Below are positions 1 to 13,769 of a DNA stretch of 64,000 nt, piece after piece. Position 1 is the first letter of the stretch. The number at the start of each line of letters is the position of its first letter. Made by a program: the position numbers and the translations under genes. Under the pieces are notes generated by a model that searched no databases, was not told where the DNA came from, and saw nothing but the letters and a program-made list of their open reading frames with translations. The stretch comes from Mobula hypostoma (Eukaryota), in assembly GCF_963921235.1 (NCBI RefSeq), contig NC_086105.1, positions 46,066,001 to 46,130,000 on the forward strand, read 5' to 3'.

Positions 1-3000
1 TACTAAGCATCACAAAAGCAAGACAATATCACCTGAGGTCTTGTGTGGTACAAGGTTTGACAGAAGTAATAATTAAAAGGGAACAAAATCTGACTCTCAG
101 CAGTACAAAGAGTCAGTTGTTGCTGATTAAATTTAGATGCAGATAGTAAAACAGTAATAAATATAATGTTACTAAACCCACAGTTAATGATTCATATCAA
201 ATCTCAGAGACAGGAAAGTAGAGTGAGATTAATTGCCAAAGCTGTGTTGACAATATTCTATTGTCAGACTGTCCATCTGAGAAGAAATATACTAACATGG
301 AGTGCACATACAAATGTACACTTTAGCCACACCTAGAATGCACAGGCAGCAAGAAACCTTTCAGAGCATTCTGTACATACAGATGAAGACAGCAAGACTA
401 AAGTGTATGGTTAACTCGGTGACAGTGGATGCAATTGGTTTGATAGGCTTACTGCCATTATACTCTACCTGACTGCTATACATCATGTGACCAGCAATTA
501 ATGCCCTTCCATCATTGCTAGTATGAAACACAAATATATACAGTAATAAATAACTGCTGCAAAACAGATTTAGATGAAAATATGCTAATGTACACAAATT
601 AAAACAGACTCAAAGTTGCACACACATACATTGTACAATTCCGCCACAAGGGAAGAGATGAATGAACACAAGGAAGCTAATTACAGACAATGATGCAAAG
701 TTATAAGATTATTTCATGTGATTTCGATAAGTAATATTCTTAAGGTTCAGTGATTTGAGTAATGAAGGTGTAGAAAGCGACACTGCAAGTGCATGATTGT
801 AGTATGTTAAACAAAATCATAAATGCTGCTGTACAATGGCAGGTGCTAAACATAATAATGGAAATTACAATGAAAGTATAAGGCTATCTATTTGACCGTG
901 CCTTAGAACTTATTACTTCCCATTTTGCCAGGGTGCACAGGGTGGTAATTACAGATGGTAATTCTTCTCCCAATAAACAACAATTATCTACACAATAATA
1001 ATAGAAACTGAACCTGTATAAGTGTTACAAACTTTTCAACACTTCTCAGCCAACATACTGGCAACAGGTAGAACATTACTGAAGGTAAAACTAAGCAAGA
1101 TGGAACAATGCCAATACTAAATTGTTTACACAACACGTACCTAGATAGACAATTAACTTATGCACTTGCAAGGTAAAGGATGTCACATATAGGTTCTTGA
1201 AAGGTATATTTAAAATTGCATCAAAACACAGAAATAATAAATGTGAGAATCAATCATGGAGAAAGGGAAGAACAACACATTGACCGTCAACTGGGAATCC
1301 ACATGGCAAGGGGTTTCAGCCAAGGTCAACCTGAAGTTCCAAACCTACTTCTGACGAGGTAGTGACTTGCTTTGATCTTCTCATTAATTCATGCCACATC
1401 TTCATTTTCTGCAGAGAATCCGTCCTAGGTGTCCTGACATTAAAGTGTCACTGGCAGGAATGGCAAATCCAGAACTGGAACTTGCAGGCTCCTCAGAACA
1501 AGACATTCAAGAAAGGCGCTGAACTCCACTTCTTCAGCATGCTGTAAACTAGCAATATTCCACACTGAGAATTCCTTCCTCATCTTCAACAACCACGTGT
1601 GTACCATGTTGGTTGTCCTTATTTTCCTCAATTAAAACTTACCTCAAGCTGCAGATACAAATAAACCTCAATGCTTGGATTTTGGGTGAGTTTAAGGGCA
1701 CAACCATACAGGGTAGGAGTGCAAGCTGTGAGGCATTACAACCCAACCCTGATTTACTCACTATTCAGGCCAGCCTGAATTCACAGAGCAGGGCTTTGAG
1801 ATATTTCCCCTTCCTAATTACAACTGCTTCAAGCCAAGTCGATCAATAGTGAATTGAACAAAATGAATTTTCACTTAAATAAGATTCTTGAAAAACACAG
1901 TGCAATTTTTTTGCTGACAAGTTGATGATAGAAAAAGAGAGCCAAAAACGGACTGATTCTGCCTTTCTCTTCATGATCAGAGCCTGGTATTCTTAAGTTG
2001 CAAACAGCTCAGAGGAGTCAAATAAGAATACAAAAAATCTAATTCCTCCAATTTTTTATTTAGCCCATTAACATCCCCCAATTCCCAGTCACAGTTTATC
2101 ACACCTTCTCCACAAGGCAAAGCACTATTTTCATTCAGTTGTTGATATTATGTATCAAATAGCTATTGGTTAGCGACAATGGATTGTAAAGCTACAACAC
2201 CTATACTGTAGTTGCAAAACAATCAACTCTTGGTGGAATTAAACAGTCTTTGACTCCATTTTCAACTTTTCATTACAATGGATGTTTCTTTATCAATAAA
2301 TACTTGAAACTTTAAGTTGGGAAATTGATAGAAACTTACTCACAATTCTAACAGACTTAGTCTCTTTACTGATTATTTAAAGTATATTCAAAGCAACAGA
2401 AGATAAAGAGGCAAAGAATCAGACCAGAGTCCACATTATGTCAATGGCATACCTTCCTATTAGTGACATAATTCATCACAAGCAACTCTGAATGAAGATT
2501 GCTCTCAATTCAAAATCACATCATTTTAATTGTCTATTACTTTTGCACTTTACATTACGCTTTCATTTAGTGGTTAATTTGATTGTGGATAATTAAATCC
2601 ATTATTGTGCATCAAACAAACAGACCAGAGCAACTTGTCAGAAGAATCTCTGGGCCCTCAAGAGATTAATTTGTTTACAATCAGAGTGTAATTTTTTTGA
2701 GTGTTGCTTGGACTTGCCGTCCTGTACAGTAACTGACAGGTGCTAAAGGAAATGCAATAGAAGAACATGAGCGGGTCGCTTAATTTTTAATACATAACAG
2801 AATGAATCTTTAGGGAGAAACTTCTCATATAGACATAATACAAATCACAAACCATAGCAACCTCCTATCTTAGGAAATTAAAATCAGCTGGGAGTAAAAA
2901 AAATAAAATTTGGGCAGTGGAGGAGGCAGAATGATAGAGTTGTGATTTGTAATCAGATACTGCTCTGGCTCCAAGCCACCAACATAACTCTTATTGCAAA

Positions 3001-3118
3001 AAAAATTGGGTGCAGCACTCTCCCATGAAAAAAATTGGAGAATAGTTTAGGGATTTACACAATAATCTATTGCAAGGTATAAGATGCAAATTAAGTAGAG
3101 CTGCAGCTGCTGACTCAC

Positions 3119-3268
3119 CTGCTTCGGCAGTCTTGATTTTGGAGGATGGCATACTGGGTTCTCCCATTCCCAGGGTATTTGTTGCAATGACACGGAATTC
3201 ATAATCCATCCATGGAATTAGATCCACAACTTTTACTGTTTCCATGTTGCCTTCTATAAACTCGGGAT
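3119..3268 (-). CDS. CNTN1: Contactin (CNTN1-like) internal coding exon, C-terminal half of FN3 repeat 1
   Basis: 150-bp exon with tttAG acceptor and GTGAGT donor, in frame with the 5836-5994 exon. Translates DPEFIEGNMETVKVVDLIPWMDYEFRVIATNTLGMGEPSMPSSKIKTAEA; lies inside ORF 2991..3344. Confidence 0.92.
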
Positions 3269-3434
3269 CTAAATGAGGATAAAGGATGGAAAGAATGGTT
3301 TCAAACTTGATGGCCTGAACCAAAGACTGCAACAATGAGGGCAACTTTTTGCTGGAGCTAAACTTTCACTGGGACATGAGTTGTTTAATTAATGAATTAT
3401 CTTACAGGATCTGAAAATGGATGCTGAGTCAAGA

Positions 3435-5350
3435 AGAATCAGAATCAGGTTTAATATCACCGGCACGTGTCGTGAGATATAAAATAGTTAACTCAAATAA
3501 GTATTACAAAAATATAAATTAAAAATAACAGTGAGGTAGTGTGCATAGGTTCAATGTCCATTCAGAAATTGGATGGCAGAGAGAAAGAAGTTGTTCCTGA
3601 ATCATTCAATCAATTAGAAGACCGTATTTCCTGAGTGATGGGGGTCTTTAATAATGGACACCGTCTTTTTGAGGCATTCCTCCTTGAAGATGTCCTGGAT
3701 ACTATGGAGGCTAGTGCCCATGATGGAGCTGACTAATTAACAACTCTCTGCAGCTTACTTCAATCCTGTGCAATAGCTCACCAATACCAGATGGTGATGC
3801 AGCCATTCAGAATGCTCTTCATAGTACATCTGTAGAAATTTGTGAGTGTTTTAGGTGACATAACAAATTTCCTCAAACTGCTAATGAAATACAGCTACTG
3901 CTGTGATTTATTTGTAGCTGCTTTGATACGTCGGGTGCAGGTTATGTCCTCAGAGATTCTGACACCCAGGAACTTGAAATTGCTCACTCCTTCACACTTC
4001 TGACTCCTCTATGAGGACTGGTGTGTGTTCCCTCGTCTTACCCTTTCAAAAGTCCACTATCAGTTCTTTGATTCTTTGATTTCTTTGGCCCTCTCGTCAC
4101 CATCTAAGATTCTGCCAACAATGGTTGTATGGTCATCAAGTTTATAGTTGGCATTTGAGCTGAGCCGAGCCATACAGTCATGGGTGTAGAGAGGGTAGCA
4201 GGTCAGTGGACGAAGCACACATCCGTAAGGGGCGCCAGTGTGAATTGTCAGCAAGGTGGAGGTGTTATTTCCAATCCACACAGATTGTGGTCTTCTGGTT
4301 AGGAAGTCGAGGATCCAGTTGCAGAGGAAAGAACACAGACCCAGGTTCTGGAGCCTTTCAATCAGAAATGTAGGAATGATGGTGTTAACCACTGAGTTGC
4401 AGTCAATAAACAGCATCCTGACTATTATCCAGGTAATCCAAGGCCACGTGAAGAGCCAATGAGATCGTGTCCACCATACTGTGGTGATAGGCAAATTGCA
4501 GTGGGTCCAAGTCTTTGCAGAGGCCAGAGTTGATTCCAGCCATATCCAACCTCTCAAAGCACTTCATCACCATAGATGTGAGTCCAACTGGATGACCGTC
4601 ATTAAGGCAGCTCACCCTATTCTTCTTGGGCACTGGTACAATTGCTGCCCTTTTGAAGCAGGTGGGAGCTTCTGACTGTAGCAAGGAGAGATCGAAAATG
4701 TCTTTGAACATCCCCGCCAGTTGGGTGGCACAGGTTTTCAGAGCCCTACCAGGTATTCCATCGAGGCCTGTCATCTTGCAAGGGTTCACCCTCTTGAAAC
4801 ACAGCCTGACATTGGCCTCTAAGACAGAGATCACAGGGTCACCAGATACTGCAGGGAGCCTCATAGCTGTAGTTTCAGTCTCCCTTTCAAAGCAAGCATA
4901 AAAGGCACTGAGCCTGTCTGGAAGTGAAGCATCACAGCCATTCACACCAACGGGTTTCGTTCTGTAGGTAGTAATGGCCTGCAAACCCTGCCAGAGTTGA
5001 CGTGCATCCAAAGTCACCTCCAACTTCACTCAGAATTATTCCATAGCTCTTGAAAAAGCCCCGTGAAAGTCATACCTGGTTTTTTTGTACAGACCTGGGT
5101 CGATAGACTAGAATGTCACAGATTTAGCCCTCAACAGACTAGGAACCTCCTGATTCATCCACAGTTTTTGATTTGGGTTGTTTAGTAAGGTCTCATAGGC
5201 ACACACTCATTCACACAAGTTTTAATAAAGTCAGTGATAACAGGAAAAAGATAGACGCTGCTTTGTGAATGGGCTCATCAAATGCATGGTCAACACAGTT
5301 GTCTACTGACTAGCATCCATTTCCTCAACTAGAAGTGTCTTTGAAACAGT
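3435..5350 (-). mobile_element. Rex1/Babar-type LINE, 5'-truncated, decayed RT
   Basis: ORFs 4403..5029 and 4060..4557 carry RT motifs ([44 protein letters not shown]); (CTGATT)n-type tail at ~3435-3449. Confidence 0.85.
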
Positions 5351-5835
5351 TACCGCCACAAATTACCAGCTTCAGCTGTATGGACTTGGAGATCCTATCT
5401 GAAAGTACATTATGAGACAGAAACAGGAATATGTTTCTGTCTCCAATGGTAAATATGTACAGCCAAGTATGTGGGGGTGAGTACCACCCGTGGCTATTAT
5501 ATATAAGCACATGTTTGATGTCAGCAATCCGAGACAAACCCCTCCACATTGCCTTTCATTTCCTCTGGGAATGTACTCACTCACGTATTTTACTGAACTA
5601 AGTTGGTTAATAAGAACCTTATGCCAGCACATGACAGAGTGCACAACCAGACAAATAAAACTCTTATTTATCATTATTAGCCCAATTTCCCTGCAATCCC
5701 TCCAGCAAGCGCTCAAAGTGCTATTTTTTAACGCTACAGCTGAAGAATCACTTGATTTCTAATTTAAAGAAAAGCATATTCTTTGTCCTTGCCCATCTTC
5801 AACCAAAGTCCCACTGTCAGAGGGATCCTACTGAC

Positions 5836-5994
5836 CTGTCATGGCATCTTTCCAATCGATAGAGTCCAATACCTTCTGCTGGACTGTGTACCTGGAGATT
5901 GGACTGTGATTATCTGTCCCTCGACTCCAGGATAAAGTCACAAAGGTGTCTCGAATATCTACGACTCTCACTCCTCCAGGGGGTCCCGGTGGAC
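5836..5994 (-). CDS. CNTN1: Contactin (CNTN1-like) internal coding exon, N-terminal half of FN3 repeat 1
   Basis: 159-bp exon with ttgcAG acceptor and GTCAGT donor, phase 1/1. Translates [63 protein letters not shown] is a contactin motif, and WKDA.T-DP favours CNTN1 over CNTN2. Absent from the ORF track. Confidence 0.9.
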
Positions 5995-6149
5995 CTGCAA
6001 AAAGAGATTCACAAGTGGAATAAAGAAGATATGAGTCACTCAGTGTTGGTAAAACATTGTACCTTTAGTTATCAGGCCAAGAAATGTTTCAACAAATACA
6101 CATTGTCCTACTGTAAAATTTGCTATAAGCTCACTGCAGTGGTCACTAT

Positions 6150-6550
6150 GAAGTTTAAAGTTCAAAAGTAAGTTTATTATCAAAGTACATGTATGTCATC
6201 ATATGCAACCCTGAGATTTTTTTTCTTGTGGGCATTCACATAAAAACAAACAAAATAATAATAATAAATAAATAAGCAATAAAGATGGAGAAGATGAGAT
6301 GAAGAGTCCTTGAAAGTAAGTCCATAGGTTGTGGGAACTCCAACTGTTCAGTGTTGGGGTGAGTGAAGTTGAGTGAAGTTATCCCCTCAGGTTCAAAAGG
6401 CTGATGGTTGAGGGGTAATAACTGTTCCTGATCCTCCTGGTGTGGGACCTGAGGCTCCTGTATCTACTTCCTGATAGCAGCAATGAGAAGAGAGCACGAC
6501 TGTATGGTGGGGGTCTTTGATGATGGATGCTGCTTTCCAGTGACAACACT
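6150..6550 (-). mobile_element. Rex1-type LINE 3' fragment
   Basis: Similar to 41875-42310; tail region aagttcaaaagtaagtttattatc. Confidence 0.65.
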
Positions 6551-6729
6551 GTGTGTATGTGTTGTTTTACTACAAGTCACACACCAGGACTTTATTATTG
6601 TCACCATCTGGACTTTATCAATACTGTGGCATAGTATAGAAGCAGTGATGTCTTGCTTAACCCCGATAAGACACTGGCCAGTACTCAACTAGACTACTGG
6701 GCTCATTTCTGGTTGACACAGGAAGGGTT

Positions 6730-7010
6730 CCTGGGAAGAGACTGGGACTGTTATTTTTCAGGAACGCAAGGCTGAAGAGAGATTTGATAGAAGCTTATTA
6801 AATGATAGGGAGTTAGGACGGGGCAAGGCTCATCCCTTTGGTGGACAGGCCAAAGACTGGAGGTTTTGATATGGAATAAAGAATTGAATAAAAATTGGTA
6901 TGAAGCAAATTTTTTTTCACAGACCATGTGGCTGGAATCTGGAAAGCACTGTCTGCAAATATGTTGGAGGGAAGTTCCACTAAGGCCTTTGAGAGAAAAT
7001 GGAATATGTA
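6730..7010 (+). mobile_element. Old CR1 LINE 3' fragment
   Basis: Degenerate match to the CR1 3' region seen at 53750-54060 (aggctgaagagagatttgatagaag... tttttcacagac...ggaatctggaa). Confidence 0.6.
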
Positions 7011-7014
7011 TATT

Positions 7015-7832
7015 TTTTTCTGGTTAATTGGGGCAGCAGTTAATTGGTGCAGTCACTTAATTGGGACAACTCTTAGAGAACAAAAACTAAATTGAGAAAA
7101 TATCTGGGATTCCCTTTGTTTATTTGGGACACTATACTGCTTAATTAGGACAGAAGACTGTTGCCAAGCTGTTTCTAAATAGTGTCAGTCACATGCACTT
7201 GTGTGTCTGTTAAGACTCTACACCATGCTTGGAATGAACAGATTTTAAAAGGCTTCAGTTACGTGTGTTGTGTTCAAAAAAAGTGATTTTTGTCCCTAAT
7301 AGTTGGAGAGAAATAAGCAGTAAGACAATTCAGAACTGTTTTGCTCACTGTGGTTTCAAGCATTCAGGCTTTGAGATGCTAGAAACTGCTGTTAAACATT
7401 ACAGAACAGTTTTAAAATTGTGTCAACTGCGAATGCTTGTGTTATGTTAATCTATTTGGGCTAACAAATGCCAATTCAAAATGCAAAAATTAATTTTTAC
7501 TTTAAGCAGGAAGGCAATGAAGGTAGTCAATTATCTGCACTAGGTGCACAATGTTGTGCCGACCCTTAAACCCTGCTTCCCATATAACCTCCCCACCTTA
7601 AATTCCTCCATATACCTGTCTAGTAGTCTCTTAAATTTCACTAGTGTATCTGCCTCCACCACTGACTCAGGCAGTGCATTCCACGCACCAACCACTCTCT
7701 GAGTACAAAACCTTCCTCTAATATCCCCCTTGAACTTCCCACCCCTTACCTTAAATGCATAAATTGTTACTCAGTTAACTATTTCCATGAAACTTGGGCA
7801 AGAATATCCCAATTAACTGGAGTCCACCGTAT
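7015..7832 (+). mobile_element. Tigger/pogo-type DNA transposon remnant
   Basis: TIR-like ctggttaattggg at left and cccaattaactggagtccaccgta at right; ORF 7265..7450 contains SWREISSKTIQNCFAHCGF (pogo DDE C-terminus); interrupted by a CR1 piece. Confidence 0.75.
7548..7758 (-). mobile_element. CR1 3' fragment nested in the Tigger remnant
   Basis: Reverse complement of the CR1 3' region (cagagagtggttggtgcgtggaatgcactgcc). Confidence 0.7.
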
Positions 7833-8079
7833 ATGGAGCAGAAAAATTTGCAAGGCTTGGAGACAGGGCTTGTGAGTTGCTCTGGTTGAGAATGGCATAG
7901 ATGACCACAGCAAATCAAACAGCCTCTCTTTGTGCTGTATCTATTTCTTGATGAACAAATTATTAACTACAGATCAATTTGAGCTGAACCAAACAAGAGT
8001 TAAACCCTTGGCAATGACAAAGTACACACTAAAAATGCCATGCAATAAACATCCCATTAACATTTATTGACATTACTAA

Positions 8080-8690
8080 TGCAGAGTACTCCGCTATCAT
8101 TATATTGGGAAAAACCACTGACCAGAAGCTCAAATGGACCAGTCACATAACTATTCTGACAGCAGAAGCAGTTCAGAGCCTGGGCATCCTGCAACAATTC
8201 ATTCTTCAGCAACATCTTTCAAGTGTGTGAAGAAAGACTCTCCATTTGCCCGAATGAATGCAACTCTAGCAGCACTCAAGAGACTTAATATTACCCAGGT
8301 GAATGAAGCCCACATCACCGACACACCACCACCAGAAACACCTATTCCCTTTGTCAACCATGCACAGTGGCTGCTGTGTGCACCAACAACAAAAACATGC
8401 TCACAAGTTACTCTACTAACGCCTCTCAAACTTGTGATCCCTATCATTTAGCAGGACAAGAGCAGCAGCTGCAGAACACCATCACCTGAAGGTTCATTTC
8501 CATGTGGAACATCTCCACAATATCGAAATATATCCCAATTCCTTCATTCACTCTGGACCTAAGTAGTGGAACTCCCTCTCCAACAGCACTGCAAGAAAGC
8601 CAACATTAGATGGATTCCAACTGTTGAGGAAGGCCTTCTCAACAATAATTAGGGATGGGTCGTCAAAGCCAACCTTATTGATATTAAAAA
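8080..8690 (+). mobile_element. Old CR1/L2-group LINE 3' fragment
   Basis: Decayed RT C-terminus (cagaagctcaaatggaccagtcacata... tggaactccctctccaacagc); related minus-strand copy at 29990-30330. Confidence 0.6.
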
Positions 8691-9719
8691 TAAACAAATT
8701 CGAAGAACACTACAACAGGCAATTGTTAGTTATTAATCAACATAGCACCAACATCTAATTAAACGAAACCTACTATATATGTGTGTGCATACACACTAAT
8801 ATATTAACTTTGATTTAATCTAAGGTAGAAAGCTGATCTAAAGAAAAAGAACAATTGAAGGAAGTGCATTTAGAAGCAGGAGACCGCTAGTAAGAGAAAG
8901 GGGGATGAGAGAAGGGCTTCTGAGTACATGTGAGGAAGAAGGCCCTGTCCCCAATGAAGTGGCCAACAAAACTGAAGAGGTAAATGTACTGGATGCAGTT
9001 GTGGAGGAGGTTCAACTCCATATGCCTTACATCACAGTGGACAAAAGAACTGCAGCAACACTTGATGCGGAAGCTCAGAGGAGTAGGAAGTAAAATCAGT
9101 TGAATGCTTTCACCCAAAGGATAACTGCAAGAGAATAGGTTACTAATGTTAGCCAATAAGTCAACAGTATGAACCCATCCAATGAATGACTGGCTATCAT
9201 CCAGGGCAAAATAGATTTGAGGGATATAGGAAAAAATGGTAGCCAAGAAAGTAGAGTTGAGGGGTATGCTGAGACTTAAACAGTTATACAGTAGCAGGCC
9301 CTTCAGCCCTCTGAGTCTGTACTGGCAATCAGCCACTAGGTTGACTGTTGAAAAATGGAGACCCACTTTGGAAAGCAGCTTTTTGTGTTCCCAACATTTC
9401 ACACTCAAGTTGAAATGAAGGGAGCAGAAGAAGCATTAAGTCTACTGAGTAAGGATCAATGGATGCATAATGACCACTAATGGAATGACTGCTTTGAAAA
9501 AAAATCAAATGTACTTCTAGGGAAATAGAATGATATAAATAGCAAATCATTATGGACCAAAAGTTCTTTGATGCAGTTGTTTCAAGTCCTGGTTTCACAG
9601 AACAAGAAGTGCTCCTCAGATAAACCAACTATTAGCTGAGGGACAAAGGTTGCCCTCTAACACTCACGATATAATGCAAGACCCACTCCACACTCAGTTC
9701 AAGTAAGCCAGCAAGAACA

Positions 9720-10381
9720 AGTTCCAAGATCAATTTCAAGTTCCTGGGTGTCAATATCTCTGAGCATCTAACCAGTCCCAACATATTGATGCAGCTATAA
9801 AGAAGGCGAGACAGCAGCTATATTTCATTAGAAGTTTGAGGAGATTTGTTTTGTCATGTAAAACACTCGAAAACTTCAACAGATGTACAGATGTACAGAC
9901 AATGTATCATTGTCTGGTATGGTGGCAGGGGGAGGGCTACTACACAGGATCGAAAGAAGCTACAGAAAGTAGTAAAATTAGTGGCTTCAGCTTGGGTACT
10001 AGCCTCCATAATATTCAAGACATCTTCAAGGAGTGGTGCCTCAGAAAGATGGTGTCTATTATTAAGGGCTCCCATCACCCAAGGTATGCCTTCTTCTCAT
10101 TCTTACTGTCATGAAGATGGTACAGAAGCCTGAAGGCACACACTCAGTGATTCAGGAACAGCTTCTTCCCCTCTGTCATCCGATTTCTAAATAGACATTG
10201 AACCTATGAACACTACCTCACTTTTATTAGTATTTGTTTTTGCACTATTTTTAATTTAGCTATTTAATATACATATATATACTATATTTTTTTTCTATAT
10301 TTATCCTACATTTCATTATACTGCTGCCGCTAAGTTAACACATTTCACGACATTTGCTGGTGATATTAAACCTGATTCTGA
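9720..10381 (+). mobile_element. Rex1-type LINE 3' fragment
   Basis: FKFLGVNISE...KKARQQLYFIRSLRRF in translation; ends aaacctgattctga. Confidence 0.8.
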
Positions 10382-10839
10382 AGTAGCTGCAGATAAGGAT
10401 TTCCTCCCATCACTGCATGACTTGGTCAGCCTTTCACTTTAAATATCATCACAGAAAACTGCTGATGACACTTCCTTTTGAACCTGCTGTGCACGCAAGG
10501 GCAGCGAACATATGCTGATGTAAAAAGTGAACACATTGCAAAGTACTGTGAAAAGCATCAATTATTTGTACAGCTTAAACGTAGCTTTTTTTATCATGCA
10601 AAAAGTGAATGGGAGGGTAAAAGGAGGAAATAACGATGATTTCAGAGCACGTGGACAGATGCAAAACAATATGGCTTGTGCTGCTTGAAGAGGTTAAGTT
10701 CTTGCAATTACTCCCTTCCTGACTTCAAAACAATTGAATAACTGAAGTTTCTTAAAAGTGAGTTGTGGACCATAAAAATTGCTGCCAAAGAATCAGGCAA
10801 ATGTAAACCAGCGTTTATCCTGTCATTGCTCACCTCACT

Positions 10840-12040
10840 GTTGCCCGAGCAGACTGCCCAGACTATCTGGCAGAATATTTCATCATCAGGCCTCACCAAA
10901 AGACACTAGGGCCTAGCCTGGCTGGTGGTGAGAGGGGCTCGCCCAGGCAGATCCTCCTGGCATACCCCTACAATCTGCTGCCTACAGGATGACTATAGTG
11001 GGAAAGAAACAGTAACTCACCTCCTCACACACTGAGGGTTTGTGAAGATGGTGTGGAGAAAGGTGAAAGGGCCCGTGTCACATTTCATCCCGAGCAGCTG
11101 TGTGATAGAGGACTCTCTGATCTACGGGCTGTCTATGGGCTGTTTCTGGGAGACACACACACAGATACAAACATCAGGTGCTGCTGGCAGATCATCAATT
11201 CAGTGACAGACGCTCTTTGGTCGGCCTGAAACTTGATGGTGAGATGTCTGTGGAAGAATGCTGCTGACTGGCACGTTCCAGGCTGCAGGAGAACGTGCTG
11301 AAGGACGCACTGAAACTTGCTGCAGCCAACACAAAAGCTCTTTGGGAAGGGACCATAGTTTAGGGTTCTTCTCCTGCTAGAGAGGGAGGGAGCGGGTGGG
11401 GGGAAGAAAGCTGTCAATTACTGTAGTGTTTAATATACAAGGGGTGATTGATAAGTTCGTGGCCTAAGGTAGAAGGAGTCAATTTTAGAAAACCTAGCAC
11501 ATTTATTTTTCAACATAGCCCCCTCCTACATTTACACACTTAGTCCAGCAGTTGTGGAGCATACGGATCCCTTCTTTGTAGAACTCAGCATCTTGGACCT
11601 CTTGGATGAGTTATACAGTTCTCGTTACATGTACGTGCAGTTCAACTCTTTGAGTGATTATGCAGAAAGTTTGAAGGTAATAACTCATCTCCTTCTCCCT
11701 TAGGCCACGAACTTATCAATCACCCCTGCTATGGACCACTTGCTGGAGGTCCAAGACGCTGACTTCTACAAAGAACGGATCCGTATGCTCCATGACTGCT
11801 GGACTAAGTGTGTAAATGTAGGAGGGGATTATGCTAAAAAAATAAATGTGCTAGGTTTTCTAAAATTGACGCTGTCTACCTTAGGCCATGAACTTATCAA
11901 TCACCCCTCGTAAAACCCTCGAGTGCCACGAGTGGCAGCAGTGTTAGAACAGTATGGAAAGCATGGGACCATGTCTGTAAAGAATGAAAAGTCTGAAACT
12001 ATTTATATTGTGAATAAAGTCTATTTTGTTATAAAAATTA
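10840..12040 (+). mobile_element. Tx1-clade (L1 group) non-LTR element, ORF2 3' end and 3' UTR
   Basis: Translates PEQTAQTIWQNISS...LAWLVVRGA...ETVTHLL...CCWQIINSVTDALWSA...VLKDALKLAAA; ends tgaataaagtctatttt; interrupted by a mariner derivative. Confidence 0.75.
11438..11910. mobile_element. Mariner-derived palindromic non-autonomous element
   Basis: TA target duplication at 11436-37 and 11911-12; TIR c(a/g)aggggtgattgataagttc(g/a)tggcctaaggtaga; ~165-bp inverted arms; ORF 11731..11913 FYKERIRMLHDCWTKCVNVGGDY matches a mariner transposase C-terminus. Confidence 0.88.
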
Positions 12041-12299
12041 GTTAGAAAGTAACTGCATCCTCAGTTACCCTATCCTTGACATATCTGGCACCAATATATC
12101 TGCTGTAGGTGAAGGACTTCTGAAAGGAATTGTGTCACTTCTTGCTCCCGCACTGGCTTCGTCAGGCTGACAACCTTCTGCTGGTGCTCCCCCACCACCA
12201 AACTGTGACCAGTGACTCCCCAACTTAACTTGAACATGGGGAAGAGTTAGGAGAAATAAATGTCATTACTGCACAGATTTTTTCCCCCCAAATTCAAGA

Positions 12300-12925
12300 G
12301 ATGCAGAAGACCCGGTCTCAGGGTGTCACAACTGGCCTTTATCCAACATGCTAAGGGCACGGCCTAAGAGTTCAGCTCGCCTTTGGAGGCCTAGGATCTC
12401 GGGGCTCTGGACACAGGCGGATCAAAGGTGTGTCGTGGGAGCTGGAAGATCTTTGTCTGTGTGCCCAGGGACCCGAGATCTTTGGGCACAGAGCTCAGAA
12501 AAAGCAAAGCAACCGACTTTTCACATCGTAAACCAGCGAGTTGTTTGTTATGTCTCCCCTCTCACTGTGAAACGGAGATATCTTTTTCTCCCTTATTAGG
12601 GAGAGAGAGAGAACCTGTGGTATGTTGAATACTGGGTGAACGTGTAGTCTTTGGGGTACTGCAAGTCTGTGTCTTTGCTGTTGCTTTTGCTGCATGCTTG
12701 AGCGCTCAGTGGTGAGTGCCAATGCTTTTTTTTGCTGGTGAGGGGAGGGGGATTGTTGCTTGCTGCCGCTTATGCGCGCGAGGGAGGGGAGCTGGGGGGG
12801 ACTTTGGGGTTCTAACACTTAACTGTCATTTATTTTTTGGGGCACTCCTCTGTTTTTGCAAAGAAAAAGCATTTCAGGACGTATACTGTATACATTTCTG
12901 TGACATTAAATGTACCTTTGAAACC
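12300..12925 (+). repeat. Unclassified interspersed repeat (non-autonomous retroposon-like)
   Basis: CpG-richer block with GT-rich 3' part ending cattaaatgtacctttgaaa, resembling the Rex1-type tails elsewhere in the window. Confidence 0.45.
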
Positions 12926-13769
12926 TTATGCAGTTAAGAATTCAATGACTATCAAGGAAGAAGAGACACAAGGGCCTTGCTATAGTGTACAGGACAGTGA
13001 GTGCCAATTGGAAAACATCCTTTCTGTTGTAGCTTTTTATGATCCTACTGTGCAATATTGCCAAGAAGAGCACTGAAAGGTCTGTTCTAGACTTGTGAGT
13101 TCTGTTGTTTATGGCCTGGTACATATCACATTGCAAAATGTTGCTGATAATTGAGCAATTAACCAAGACGGAATCTGTTTTGGTTTTAGAGTGCAGCTAT
13201 TCCTTTGAATGTTTGAATGACAAATATATTTGCTCTATAAGTAATGAATGACCCCCTGCTACGTATATTTTTAATGGTATATTCATACCCAATTTCTGTT
13301 TCTACCATTACCTGGGAAGGAATCAAGGCTTTGAACAGAACTTCTGAACACATTAACCCACTCAGCAGTTGGCGCAAAACTCTCAGCTACTAAGGCAGAT
13401 CAAAGATCACATGAAAGGGCATGTAACCAACTCCCTGTAATTGGGCAACAATGTGCTCTGAGTTCTATTTACTGATAAACATACGTAGCAAGGTGCCATT
13501 GTTGGTGTCTGATATTCAGAGAACAGTCAATACTCTATTTCCACTGATGGAATTCACCGATGGAGAGCACTTGCCCCCTGCCCCCCCCCCCGCCCCAGGT
13601 TACAACACAGCTCTGTTCCTGAGAAACAGGCAGCTCACAGATCAGAAAAGGAGATAGCTGAGCAGCCAGCAAATCCATCCCACTGGTCACTCAAATGCTT
13701 GCTCATATGCACAAAGGTCAGATGTTTGTAATCTGGGGAGGAATGGTATATGAAGGCTGAAGTAAAGAT

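Noticed and set aside
1-1250. 3'UTR-like AT/GT-rich sequence on the minus strand
   Set aside because: No terminal coding exon or stop context found upstream; composition alone is insufficient
2991-3344. 117-aa ORF as a stand-alone gene or a read-through GPI/secreted contactin isoform
   Set aside because: Only 3119-3268 is contactin-like and it has canonical splice sites; the 42-codon extension lacks a convincing hydrophobic GPI signal
8887-9408. 173-aa ORF and other 60-170 aa ORFs outside TEs (e.g. 48826..49293, 27099..27554)
   Set aside because: No recognisable domains, often non-ATG starts or overlap with repeats; consistent with chance ORFs
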